From Desulfobulbus propionicus DSM 2032 (GTDB lineage Bacteria > Desulfobacterota > Desulfobulbia > Desulfobulbales > Desulfobulbaceae): DNA of 32,000 nucleotides. This document shows positions 7,969 through 16,760 of the stretch, in pieces (the stretch's first letter is position 1; every line of letters starts with the position of its first letter). A model generated the notes under the pieces. That model did not search any database and had not been told where the DNA came from. It saw nothing but the letters and a program-made list of their open reading frames with translations. Both the position numbers and the translations under genes were made by a program. The stretch is taken from NCBI RefSeq assembly GCF_000186885.1, contig NC_014972.1, positions 300,001 to 332,000 of the forward strand, written 5' to 3'.

Positions 7969-10053
7969 TCACGCATCCTTTTTCTGCGCGGCAAAGGCCT
8001 TGATCAGCTCATCAGCCACGCCCTTGGGCACCTGTTTGTAGGTGGCGAATTCCATGGTGAACTCGGCCTTGCCCTGGGTAAGCGACCGGAGCGTGGTCGA
8101 GTAGCCAAACATCTCGGCCAATGGCATCTCCGCCTCGACCACGGTATAGTTGCCTTCCTCGAAGGTGCCGATGATCACGCCCCGGCGTTGATTGAGGCTG
8201 CCCATGACCGCGCCCTGGAATTCTGAGGGGCCCTCCACCGCCACCTTCATGATCGGCTCCATGATCACCGGCGCGGCCTTGGCGTATCCCTGCTTGAAGG
8301 CGCCGATGGAGGCCAGCTGGAAGGCGATGTCCGAGGAGTCGACCGCGTGGTAGGAACCATCGTTGATCGCCACCCGGACTCCGGTGATCGGCGCGCCGGT
8401 GAGGGTGCCTTTCTCCAGCGATTTCTGGAAACCCTTGTCGCAAGAACTGATGAATTCTCGCGGGATGACGCCGCCGACGATTTGATCGGCAAACTCGTAC
8501 TCGCCTTCTTCGAGCGGCTCCATGTAGCCGGCAACCCGGCCGTACTGACCGGAACCACCGGTCTGTTTCTTGTGGGTGTAGTCAAATTCGGCCCGCTGGG
8601 TGATGGTCTCGCGGTAGGCGACCTGCGGTGCGCCGACCTCGACCTCGGCCTTGTATTCCCGCTTCATCCGCTCGATATAGACCTCAAGATGCAGCTCGCC
8701 CATGCCGGAGATGATGGTCTCGCTGGTCTCGTGATCGACATAGGTCTTGAAGGTGGGGTCTTCCTTGGTGAAGCGGTTGAGAGCCTTGGACATGTTGATC
8801 TGCGCCTTGTTGTCCACCGGCTTGATGGCCAGGGAGATAACGGGCGCGGGCACATGCATGGAACTCATCGACCAGTTCAGGCCGGGGCTGCAGAAGGTGT
8901 CGCCGGAGGCGCAATCGATGCCGAACAGGGCAACGATATCGCCGGAACCCGCTTCTTCGATCTCTTCCATCTCGTTGGCATGCATCCGCACCAGACGCCC
9001 CACCTTGGCCTTCTTGCCGGTACGGCTGTTGACAATGGTGTCACCCTTCTGGATCACGCCCTGATAGGTACGAATGTAGGTCAGCTGACCGTAGCGGCCA
9101 TCCTCGAGCTTAAACGCCAGGGCCACCAGCGGATCGCTGGGATTGTTGCTGACCACCACCTCAGCCTCGTCCTTGTCCAAATCCAGGGCGGTGTTTTCGA
9201 TGTCCGTGGGGCAGGGCAGATAGGCGCTGACCGCGTCGAGCAGCAGCTGCACGCCCTTGTTCTTGTAGGCCGAACCGATCATCACCGGAGTCAGCTCCAG
9301 GCTCAGGGTGCCGCGGCGGATGGCCTCGTGAATCAATGCCTCGGGAATCTCGGCCTCTTCCAGCATGGCCTCCATCAGCTCGTCGGAGAACATGGACACC
9401 GCGTCGAGCAGTTCTTCCCGTTTGGCTTCCGCCTCTTCGCGCAACTCGGCGGGGATCTCTTCATACCGGATCTTCTCGCCCTGATCGCCGTCGAAGTAGA
9501 CCGCCTTCATGCTGACCAGATCGACCATGCCCGCCAGATCGCTCTCCAGGCCGATGGGCAGCTGAATCATGATCGCGTTGAGATCCAACTTGTCACGCAA
9601 CTGCTGGGTGACGCGGAAGGGATTAGCGCCGGTCCGGTCGCATTTGTTGACAAAGGCGATGCGCGGCACCTTGTAGCGGGTCATCTGGCGGTTGACGGTG
9701 ATGGACTGCGACTGCACGCCGCCCACCGAGCAGAGGATGAGCACCGCGCCGTCGAGCACCCGCAGGGCGCGCTCCACCTCGATGGTGAAGTCGACGTGAC
9801 CGGGGGTGTCGATGATGTTGATGTCATAGTCCCTCCACGAGCAGTAGGTGGCGGCGGATTGGATGGTGATGCCGCGCTCCTTTTCCAGTTCCATGGAATC
9901 CATGGTGGCGCCGACGCCGTCCTTGCCCCGGACCTCATGGATGGCATGGATGCGCTGGGTGTAAAACAGAATGCGCTCGGTCAGAGTGGTCTTGCCCGAG
10001 TCAATATGGGCGCTGATGCCGATATTCCGTACTTTGTTCAAGTCTTTTTTCAT
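7969..10053 (-). CDS. fusA: Elongation factor G (mitochondrial EF-G1-like / spd-type)
   Basis: 694 aa. G1 motif [16 protein letters not shown] and NKCD. The signature [30 protein letters not shown] matches mtEFG1-type rather than canonical EF-G. Confidence 0.97.
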   Translation of the reverse strand: MKKDLNKVRNIGISAHIDSGKTTLTERILFYTQRIHAIHEVRGKDGVGATMDSMELEKERGITIQSAATYCSWRDYDINIIDTPGHVDFTIEVERALRVLDGAVLILCSVGGVQSQSITVNRQMTRYKVPRIAFVNKCDRTGANPFRVTQQLRDKLDLNAIMIQLPIGLESDLAGMVDLVSMKAVYFDGDQGEKIRYEEIPAELREEAEAKREELLDAVSMFSDELMEAMLEEAEIPEALIHEAIRRGTLSLELTPVMIGSAYKNKGVQLLLDAVSAYLPCPTDIENTALDLDKDEAEVVVSNNPSDPLVALAFKLEDGRYGQLTYIRTYQGVIQKGDTIVNSRTGKKAKVGRLVRMHANEMEEIEEAGSGDIVALFGIDCASGDTFCSPGLNWSMSSMHVPAPVISLAIKPVDNKAQINMSKALNRFTKEDPTFKTYVDHETSETIISGMGELHLEVYIERMKREYKAEVEVGAPQVAYRETITQRAEFDYTHKKQTGGSGQYGRVAGYMEPLEEGEYEFADQIVGGVIPREFISSCDKGFQKSLEKGTLTGAPITGVRVAINDGSYHAVDSSDIAFQLASIGAFKQGYAKAAPVIMEPIMKVAVEGPSEFQGAVMGSLNQRRGVIIGTFEEGNYTVVEAEMPLAEMFGYSTTLRSLTQGKAEFTMEFATYKQVPKGVADELIKAFAAQKKDA

Positions 10054-10123
10054 GACGCGTTCCTCAATTGCCGCTTCAGGTCGCTCGCTGCGCTGCTTGC
10101 CGTTCGATACTTGTCGGTTGATG

Positions 10124-10161
10124 AATAAAAAATGGAGTTACAGCAGGTTCTGCAACTCCAT
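10124..10161 (-). terminator. Rho-independent terminator inside the fusA upstream region
   Basis: On the minus strand: ATGGAGTTGCAG, loop aacctg, CTGTAACTCCAT (12-bp stem with one G.U pair), then TTTTTATT. It lies about 70 nt upstream of the fusA ATG. Confidence 0.65.
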
Positions 10162-10291
10162 GCTCAATACGATGATGGTGCTGGCTAAAAGGTGGGGGAA
10201 AAAGGAAGGGGATCCTTCGCCGCTGTAAAAGCGCCCGCAAACCTGTGTAGACTGCCGTGAAGGGTTTGCTTGTACCTTGCTTTTGATAAAG
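10126..10291 (-). ncRNA. Candidate leader RNA or sRNA of about 165 nt between the promoter and terminator upstream of fusA
   Basis: Bounded by the sigma70-like promoter (10298..10326) and the terminator (10124..10161). Contains the hairpin GCAAACC/GGTTTGC (10237..10269) and a 26-nt pyrimidine tract (10187..10212). No credible ORF. Confidence 0.3.
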
Positions 10292-10297
10292 CTATTT

Positions 10298-10326
10298 TCT
10301 ATAGCGCATGACAAATAATGAGTCAA
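10298..10326 (-). promoter_or_regulatory. Sigma70-type promoter upstream of the fusA leader
   Basis: On the minus strand: TTGACT (10326..10321), a 17-nt spacer, then TATAGA (10303..10298). Confidence 0.45.
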
Positions 10327-10575
10327 GAAATTTTTATGGTTTTTTGCCGTGATGCTTGGTTTGTCGATCATGGGGGCGTTGATTGACACCGCGTGCGGGG
10401 CTGGCGATCGATTGGGCAGTTCCTTCAGCTTCAAAAAAGGAGATTTGATGACAAAGGTGAACCATTTTGTCGCAAGGTGGTGACGCAGTCTGCCTGATTG
10501 TTGATCGTCACGAAGGTAACCGCATTGTGTGGCGCTTTTTTTTGGATGTACGGCCAATCGGCCTGGTTGTTGCTC

Positions 10576-10591
10576 TGGCCAGGTAGTCGCT
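10576..10591 (+). promoter_or_regulatory. Possible sigma54 (-24/-12) promoter upstream of the Nif11-like gene
   Basis: TGGCCAGGTAGTCGCT against consensus TGGCACGrNNNTTGCW. GG and GC have the correct 12-nt register. It lies about 75 nt upstream of the ATG at 10665. Confidence 0.25.
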
Positions 10592-10664
10592 TGCCTGGTA
10601 TGCGCTGTGATCCTGCTCAGGGCAAGTCGTTGAGAAGCCAACACGAAAACGGAAGGAGATGCCC

Positions 10665-10886
10665 ATGTCGAAAAGAAACGTGGAAGCACTGCTCATCGCC
10701 GGCGGAGCTGACGAGAACATTCGCTGCCGATACGATGCGCTGAAAACCAAGGAAGAATTTGTTGCCCTCGCCGGAGCCGATGGCTATGCCTTTACCGTCC
10801 AAGATCTCGACGCCGTGCTGCGCGAGTCCGGCGATGCGTTTGAATCCTTTGGCAATCCGCCCAAGCGGGTCATCTGGTGGCGCTGA
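10665..10886 (+). CDS. Nif11-like domain peptide (73 aa), possible RiPP-type precursor
   Basis: MSKRNVEALLIAGGADENIRCRYDALKTKEEFVALAGADGYAFTVQDLDAVL fits the Nif11 N-terminal domain pattern. GGAAGGAG lies 6 nt before the ATG at 10665, so the track's 10659 start is too close to the SD. Confidence 0.7.
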   Translation: MSKRNVEALLIAGGADENIRCRYDALKTKEEFVALAGADGYAFTVQDLDAVLRESGDAFESFGNPPKRVIWWR

Positions 10887-10948
10887 GGGCAGCCGGCGCC
10901 CATCAAGGCGGCAGGGCAGCGCGCCGCAGGGCAAGCAACGGAAAAGGG

Positions 10949-12268
10949 TTAGGGAGGGGATCCTTTTGCCAGCCGTCGGACGTGGGCGCAGGCTTCCTTC
11001 AGGTCAAGGGTCAGTACCCGCCGGTTGTGGACCACTAGCTGGCCATTGACCATCACGGAGCGCACCGCGCTTGCGCAGCCGCTGTATGCCAGCAGATTGG
11101 TACTGTGGAACGGCTGCAGCCAGAGGGGGTGCAGGTCGAGCAGCAGCAGGTCGGCGGGTGCGCCGGGGGCCAGGGTGCCCAGTCCACCACCCAGACCGAT
11201 GGCCTCGGCGCCGCCGTGGGTCGCCATGCGCAGCGCCTCACGGGCTGGAACGGCAGTCGGCTCGTTGGGCCGGACTTTGTGTACTTTAGCGACAAAATCC
11301 ATTTCGCGAAACAGATCGAGATTGTTGTTTGAAGCGGCGCCATCCGTGCCAAGGCCAATCCGCATCCGCCTGTCAATCATCGCTGCAAGGGGTGCCCGTC
11401 CCGAGGCCAGCTTGGCATTGCTTTGCGGACAGCTGATCACGGAGGCGCCTTCTTGGGCCAGCAGGTCAAGGTCGTCCTCGTCCGCCCAGACGCAGTGGAC
11501 ACAAACCGTGTCGCGGTCCAGAATGCCCAGCGCACTTAGGTGGCCAAGGGAAGTCGAGGCCAGCGGTTCGGCGATCAGAGAATGTTCGGTTCGGGTTTCG
11601 GCGGCATGGATAAACAGCGGCACCCCGTGCGCCCGAGCCAGCGCCTTGGCCCGTCGCAAGGTATCGTTGCCGCAGGTGTAGGGGGAATGGGCAAAGATCG
11701 CCGGGGTGATCAACGGATCGCGTCCCTGCCAGCGCTCAAGGAAACGGGCCGCCACCTCAATATTTTGCTTCGGATCTGCGGCACCCGGAGCCGGGAAATC
11801 GAGCACCGCCTGGGCCGCCACGCAGCGTAAGCCGGTTTCCGCGCAGGCGCGCGCTACCTCGTCTTCAAAAAAATAGCCGTCGGCCACGGTGGTGGTGCCG
11901 CTGAGCAGCATCTCGGCAGCGGCCAACTTGGCGCACCAAACAACCATTTCGGGGCAGACCGATTTCGCCTCGGCGGGAAAGATATGGTCATGAAGCCAGC
12001 TGGCCAAGTCCAGATCATCGGCCAGGCCGCGGAACAGGGTCATGGGGGCGTGACAGTGACCGTTGATCAGACCGGGCATGGCCAGTTGTCCCTGTCCGTC
12101 CAGCACTGTCCCGCTGACCCGCGTCGGGCATGCGCTCATCGGGCCGAGCCGCGCGATCTGGCCGTTGGCGACGGCGATGAAGGCCGGCGCGGGCAGGGGT
12201 GCTTCGCCGGGGTCGGGAAGGAGCGTGCAGTTGGTGATCAGGAGATCAATATTCGGAACTGCTTGCAC
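10949..12268 (-). CDS. mtaD: Amidohydrolase, 5-methylthioadenosine/S-adenosylhomocysteine deaminase-like
   Basis: DLLITNCTLL...INGHCHAPMTLFRGLADDLDLASWL is typical of MtaD-type deaminases. The start is uncertain: GTG at 12268 has GGAG 5 nt upstream, while the track uses GTG at 12292. Confidence 0.8.
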   Translation of the reverse strand: MQAVPNIDLLITNCTLLPDPGEAPLPAPAFIAVANGQIARLGPMSACPTRVSGTVLDGQGQLAMPGLINGHCHAPMTLFRGLADDLDLASWLHDHIFPAEAKSVCPEMVVWCAKLAAAEMLLSGTTTVADGYFFEDEVARACAETGLRCVAAQAVLDFPAPGAADPKQNIEVAARFLERWQGRDPLITPAIFAHSPYTCGNDTLRRAKALARAHGVPLFIHAAETRTEHSLIAEPLASTSLGHLSALGILDRDTVCVHCVWADEDDLDLLAQEGASVISCPQSNAKLASGRAPLAAMIDRRMRIGLGTDGAASNNNLDLFREMDFVAKVHKVRPNEPTAVPAREALRMATHGGAEAIGLGGGLGTLAPGAPADLLLLDLHPLWLQPFHSTNLLAYSGCASAVRSVMVNGQLVVHNRRVLTLDLKEACAHVRRLAKGSPP

Positions 12269-12414
12269 AAAAACTCCGAGATAGTGTATCACAGGGGACC
12301 GGCCGTGCCGGGAAGAGAACGCACTATACCCGAATCACCCGCAGCGACAAGAGGCAGATGGTGTTCTCCATCTTCAGGCCCTGGGCTGCTGACCCTTTTT
12401 TTCTCGAGGATTGC

Positions 12415-13512
12415 ATGGGATTTCGTTGTGGAATTGTCGGCCTGCCCAATGTGGGCAAGTCAACGATCTTTAATGCCTTGACCGCCGCGGCCATCGCCGC
12501 GGAGAATTATCCGTTCTGCACCATTGAACCCAATGTCGGCATTGTTCCGGTACCGGACGCGCGTCTTGACCAGCTGGCCGAGCTGGTCAAGACACGGAAC
12601 AAGGTGGCCACCCAGATGGAATTTGTCGATATCGCCGGCCTGGTCAAGGGGGCCAGCCAAGGGGAGGGGTTGGGCAATCAATTCCTAGGCCACATCCGCC
12701 AGGTTGATGCCATCCTCCATGTGGTGCGCTGCTTCGAGGACGACAACATCGTTCATGTCGATGGCTCCATCGATCCCCTGCGCGACGTGGAGGTGATCAC
12801 CACCGAGCTGATCCTCGCCGATCTGGAGACGGTGGAAAAACGCCTGGCCAAGAGCCGCAATCAGGCCAAGTCGGGCGATAAACGGTTGCTGGCCGAGGCG
12901 GCCTTTCTGGAGCGCCTCCAGGCGACGCTCGATCAAGGCAAGCCGGCCCGAACCGTGTTTCCGGACAACGATCAGCAGCGGGATCTGGTGCGCGATCTCT
13001 GCCTGCTGACCACCAAGCCGGTGCTCTATGTGGCCAACGTCGATGAGGGCGATCTGGCCACCGGCAATCGCCACGTCGAACAACTGGGCAAGGTCGCGGC
13101 CGAAGAGGGAGCATCGATGGTGATGATCGCCGGGGCCATCGAGCAGGAACTGAGCCTGCTGGACCGCGAGGAACAGCGCGAGTTCCTTGCCGAGATGGGC
13201 ATGGAGGAGCCAGGGCTGCATCGGCTGATCAAGGCAGGCTATGCCCTGCTGGGCCTGATCACCTTTTTCACCGTGGGCGAAAAGGAGACCAAGGCGTGGA
13301 CCATCAAAAAAGGTACCAAGGCGCCGGGTGCGGCCGGCAAGATCCATTCCGATTTCGAGCGCGGTTTCATCCGTGCCGAGGTCATCGCCTATGACGACTA
13401 CATTGCCTGCGGCTCCGAGACCGTGGCCCGTGACAAGGGGTTGATGCGCTCCGAGGGCAAGGAGTATGTGGTGGCGGATGGGGACTGCATCCTCTTCCGT
13501 TTCAATGTCTGA
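12415..13512 (+). CDS. ychF: Redox-regulated ATPase YchF
   Basis: MGFRCGIVGLPNVGKSTIFNALT begins at the ATG at 12415, which has a GAGGA RBS. The TGS-like C-terminus ends in DGDCILFRFNV. Confidence 0.95.
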   Translation: MGFRCGIVGLPNVGKSTIFNALTAAAIAAENYPFCTIEPNVGIVPVPDARLDQLAELVKTRNKVATQMEFVDIAGLVKGASQGEGLGNQFLGHIRQVDAILHVVRCFEDDNIVHVDGSIDPLRDVEVITTELILADLETVEKRLAKSRNQAKSGDKRLLAEAAFLERLQATLDQGKPARTVFPDNDQQRDLVRDLCLLTTKPVLYVANVDEGDLATGNRHVEQLGKVAAEEGASMVMIAGAIEQELSLLDREEQREFLAEMGMEEPGLHRLIKAGYALLGLITFFTVGEKETKAWTIKKGTKAPGAAGKIHSDFERGFIRAEVIAYDDYIACGSETVARDKGLMRSEGKEYVVADGDCILFRFNV

Positions 13513-13583
13513 GCCGTAAGACCGGTCGATTTCAACGGTGCCCGTTCCGCCCATGCGGGCGCCGGTGACGAGGAGTTCGTGAT

Positions 13584-14681
13584 ATGGCAAAGAAGATGTT
13601 TGTCGCCCAACTGATCGCCGGCCAACAGTTCCAGGAAGTGTTTTTGGTGGCGCGGAAATCTCTGGCCGAAACCAAGGCCGGCAAGCCCTATCTGGCCCTG
13701 GGATTGATGGACCGTACCGGCGAGGTCGAGGCCCGGGTGTGGGACAATGCCCTGGAGTTTGAGCCCCAGGTCGAGGAAGGCGGCTTTGTCCTGGTGCAGG
13801 CGGTGGCCAAGCCCTTCCGCGACCAGATGCAGCTGGCGGTCATCACCCTTCAGTCGGTGGCGGAGACAGCGGTGGATCTGGCGGATTTCATGCCCGCCAG
13901 TCCCCGGCCGCTGGCGGAAATGGCCGCCGAGCTGGAAGCTGTGATCGCGGGTATTGGCGATCCGCCGTTGCGGGCCCTGTTGTCCGTGATTTTTCAGGGC
14001 GATACCCTCGACCGCTTTCAGCGTGCACCGGCGGCCAAGAAACTGCATCATGCCTATATCGGCGGCCTGATTGAGCATACCCTGTCCATTGTCGCCCTGG
14101 CGGCCAAGATCGCCGGCCATTATCCGTTCATCGATCGGGACATGCTCGTTGCCGGTGCCTTGCTTCATGATCTGGCCAAGATCGAGGAGTTCGATTTTAC
14201 CCGGACGCCCTTTGGCTACACCGATCGGGGGCGCTTGGTCGGCCACTTGGTGTTGGGGGTGGAAATGGTGCGCAAGGCGGCGGAACAGGTCGAGGACCTG
14301 CGCGCCGAGCAGGTGGACCGGCTGATGCACATCATCCTCAGTCATCACGGTCAGCATGATTTCGGCGCACCTGTGCTGCCCATGACCCCGGAGGCCATCC
14401 TCCTGCATCACCTCGACGACATCGACGCCAAAATGCAGTACATGGGTGGTCTGCGGGCGAAGATGAGCGGTTCCGGCTGGCAGTGGACCGAGTACCAGCG
14501 GCACCTGGAACGCTATCTCTATCTGCGGGCGGGCGGCGAGGAAGAGCAGGCGGCTGCCACCCGGGTTGCCCAATCCGGGGCGACCGGCAGCGAGCCGGAG
14601 CCTGAACCCGGCCCCGAGGAATCAATAGCCGCGCCACGAGCCAAAAAAACGATCGACATGCGGCAGCAAAGTCTGTTCTGA
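13584..14681 (+). CDS. yhaM: 3'-5' exoribonuclease YhaM-like (OB-fold plus HD domain)
   Basis: N-terminal OB-fold (KPYLALGLMDRTGEVEARVWDN) and an HD domain (HHAYIGGLIEHTL...LLHDLAK). Acidic, Pro-rich C-terminal tail. Confidence 0.75.
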   Translation: MAKKMFVAQLIAGQQFQEVFLVARKSLAETKAGKPYLALGLMDRTGEVEARVWDNALEFEPQVEEGGFVLVQAVAKPFRDQMQLAVITLQSVAETAVDLADFMPASPRPLAEMAAELEAVIAGIGDPPLRALLSVIFQGDTLDRFQRAPAAKKLHHAYIGGLIEHTLSIVALAAKIAGHYPFIDRDMLVAGALLHDLAKIEEFDFTRTPFGYTDRGRLVGHLVLGVEMVRKAAEQVEDLRAEQVDRLMHIILSHHGQHDFGAPVLPMTPEAILLHHLDDIDAKMQYMGGLRAKMSGSGWQWTEYQRHLERYLYLRAGGEEEQAAATRVAQSGATGSEPEPEPGPEESIAAPRAKKTIDMRQQSLF

Positions 14682-14684
14682 GCC

Positions 14685-15677
14685 ATGGCCTTCTCTGACA
14701 TTCTCGGACAGGCCAAGGCCCTTGCCCTGCTCGACCGTGCCCTGCACAGCGGCCGGCTGGCACATGCCTATCTCTTTGCCGGTCCGGACGGAGTGGGAAA
14801 GACCACCGTGGCCCTGGAATTGGCGGCGGTGCTTCTCTGCCGGGCGCCTCGGGAGGATCGCCCCTGCGGGGTCTGTCCCGGCTGCCGCAAGTTCCAGTCG
14901 GGCAATCATCCCGATTTGGTCCGCATCCGGCCCGAGGGAGCGGCCATCAAGATCGACCAGATTCGGGAATTGAAAAAAGCCCTGAGCTTTCCTCCGCTTG
15001 AGAGCCGACAGCGTGTTGTTCTGCTGGAAGAGGTGCACACCATGCGGCGGGAGGCGGGAAACAGTCTGCTCAAGGTACTGGAGGAGCCACCCGCCGACAA
15101 TATCCTTATCCTGATGGGCAATGCTACCGGCGCGATCCTTGATACCATCGTGTCCCGCTGTCAACTGATTCCCTTTGCGCCGCTCCCCCTTCCCTTGGCC
15201 GCCGAAATTCTCCGCATTCATCGGCCCGAGCTGCACGAGGCGGATCGGTCGGCCCTGGCGGCCCTGGCCGACGGTTGTCCTGGGCAGGCTCTGGCTTTCG
15301 ATGCCGACGGAATATTGACGGTGTATCAGAAAGTTGTGACTGCATGGCTCGCCCAAGGGCAGACGGAGGGCGAGCGGGTGGAGCATGCCCTGGCGCTGGC
15401 AGTGGAACTGGCCGAGACCAAGGAGGGGCTGGAGCCGTTGCTGGCCCTGTTGCGCATCTTCGTCAAGAACGCCATGGCCGCCAGGGCCATGGAGGATGTC
15501 CGTCCCTTCGCCCCCGAGGTGCTGACGGCAAGAGAACGCTGGAATTTGCCCCAGCTATCTGCTAAGATGACGGCCATTGATCTGGCGGAACAAGCACTTG
15601 CCAGAAACTGCAATCGCGGCCTGACCAGTGAAGTGCTGCTCCTGGATCTTTTTGACTGCGGTATCCCTTGGACCTGA
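14685..15677 (+). CDS. holB: DNA polymerase III subunit delta'
   Basis: HAYLFAGPDGVGKTT, zinc module CGVCPGCRKFQSGNHPDL, and SRCQ. Located upstream of ricT as in many bacteria. Confidence 0.9.
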   Translation: MAFSDILGQAKALALLDRALHSGRLAHAYLFAGPDGVGKTTVALELAAVLLCRAPREDRPCGVCPGCRKFQSGNHPDLVRIRPEGAAIKIDQIRELKKALSFPPLESRQRVVLLEEVHTMRREAGNSLLKVLEEPPADNILILMGNATGAILDTIVSRCQLIPFAPLPLPLAAEILRIHRPELHEADRSALAALADGCPGQALAFDADGILTVYQKVVTAWLAQGQTEGERVEHALALAVELAETKEGLEPLLALLRIFVKNAMAARAMEDVRPFAPEVLTARERWNLPQLSAKMTAIDLAEQALARNCNRGLTSEVLLLDLFDCGIPWT

Positions 15678-15683
15678 ACCATC

Positions 15684-16664
15684 ATGACAGACGCCGATAT
15701 CGAACCGCAGCTTGTCGAGCCGGCCCCGATTGGGGAAGGCTGCGGCGAGGAAACGGTTCTGCATTACTATAAAATCCGCTTTCGCGAACAAGGGCAGGAG
15801 CTAACCGCCTGTGCCCAGTTGACCGATCTGGTTCGGGGCGACCGGGTCATGGTCCGCACCGAGCAGGGACCAGAGCCCGCCACCGTGGTGAGCCGTTCCC
15901 CCCGGGGAGTGGACAGCGCCATTGCCCGGCCGGTGAATTACCGCATCAATCGGCGGGCCAGCGACGAGGAATGCGAGAAGTACGCGCAACTGCCGCAGCT
16001 GGAACAGCAGGCCTTTCGCCTTTGTCGTCGACAGATCGAGAAGCTGGGCCTGCCCATGCATCTGGTGCGGGTGGAGCGATTTTTCAACGGCTCGAAGATT
16101 ATCTTCTACTTCACCGCCGAAAGCCGGGTTGATTTTCGCGAGTTGGTCAAGGCGCTGGTGCAGGAATTCCGCACCCGCGTGGAGATGCGCCAGATCGGCG
16201 TCCGCCACGAAACCCAGATGACCGGCGGGCTTGGCGCCTGCGGTCGCGAACTGTGCTGCACCGCCTTTCTCAATAAGTTCGACTCGGTCTCGATCAAGAT
16301 GGCCAAGGCCCAGGATCTGCCACTCAATCCGGCCAAAATCTCCGGCCTGTGCAACCGTCTGCTCTGCTGTCTGACCTACGAATACGAAACCTACAAGACC
16401 ATGAAAAAGGGCATGCCCCGGGTGGGCCGGCAGGTTCAGCTCGAGGGCAAGACCTACCTGGTCACCCGACAGATTCCCTTGCTTGGCAAGGTGGCGGCGG
16501 TTTCTTCCGAGGGAGAGGAGCGGTTGCTGACCGAGGAAGAGTGGCGGGCCGCCGACCCGATTGCCAAAAGCACCGGCCGCAAGGGGCCGGGCAAGAAAGG
16601 CGGTTGGTCCAAGCCTGCCGCCATCGACATCTGGGGCATGAAGGACGAGCCAGAGGAGGAGTGA
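15684..16664 (+). CDS. ricT: PSP1 domain protein RicT (YaaT)
   Basis: PSP1 C-terminal domain with a Cys cluster (CGRELCCTAFL...LCNRLLCCLTYE). Confidence 0.85.
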   Translation: MTDADIEPQLVEPAPIGEGCGEETVLHYYKIRFREQGQELTACAQLTDLVRGDRVMVRTEQGPEPATVVSRSPRGVDSAIARPVNYRINRRASDEECEKYAQLPQLEQQAFRLCRRQIEKLGLPMHLVRVERFFNGSKIIFYFTAESRVDFRELVKALVQEFRTRVEMRQIGVRHETQMTGGLGACGRELCCTAFLNKFDSVSIKMAKAQDLPLNPAKISGLCNRLLCCLTYEYETYKTMKKGMPRVGRQVQLEGKTYLVTRQIPLLGKVAAVSSEGEERLLTEEEWRAADPIAKSTGRKGPGKKGGWSKPAAIDIWGMKDEPEEE

Positions 16665-16760
16665 CTGTTGACCAGGCCCGGGAGGAGCCGCCTTCTTTGA
16701 CAACCGCCAGCGAACTGATGGGCCAGCCCCCTTTTTATACCTTTTCACGATAATTGCAGC

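Noticed and set aside
8347-10128. 593-aa ORF on the plus strand
   Set aside because: It is entirely antisense to the unmistakable fusA gene. The translation is a G/A/V/D/H/L-rich shadow frame typical of high-GC DNA, with no recognisable motifs.
10383-10388. Perfect -35 hexamer TTGACA upstream of the micro-ORF and Nif11 gene
   Set aside because: No acceptable -10 hexamer lies at 16-18 nt spacing (GATCGA or ATCGAT), so it was not called as a promoter.
10520-10545. T8 run (10535..10542) as a plus-strand intrinsic terminator
   Set aside because: Only a 3-bp stem can be drawn immediately upstream (cgc...gcg). That is not a credible terminator hairpin.
10138-10689. 183-aa minus-strand ORF filling the fusA-Nif11 intergenic region
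   Set aside because: It has no RBS and its composition is unlike the neighbouring proteins. It runs through the promoter and terminator signals and overlaps the Nif11 start. The region is better explained as non-coding regulatory RNA.
12685-14573. 301-aa and 391-aa minus-strand ORFs
   Set aside because: They are antisense to ychF and the YhaM-like gene and show no motifs. This is a high-GC artefact.
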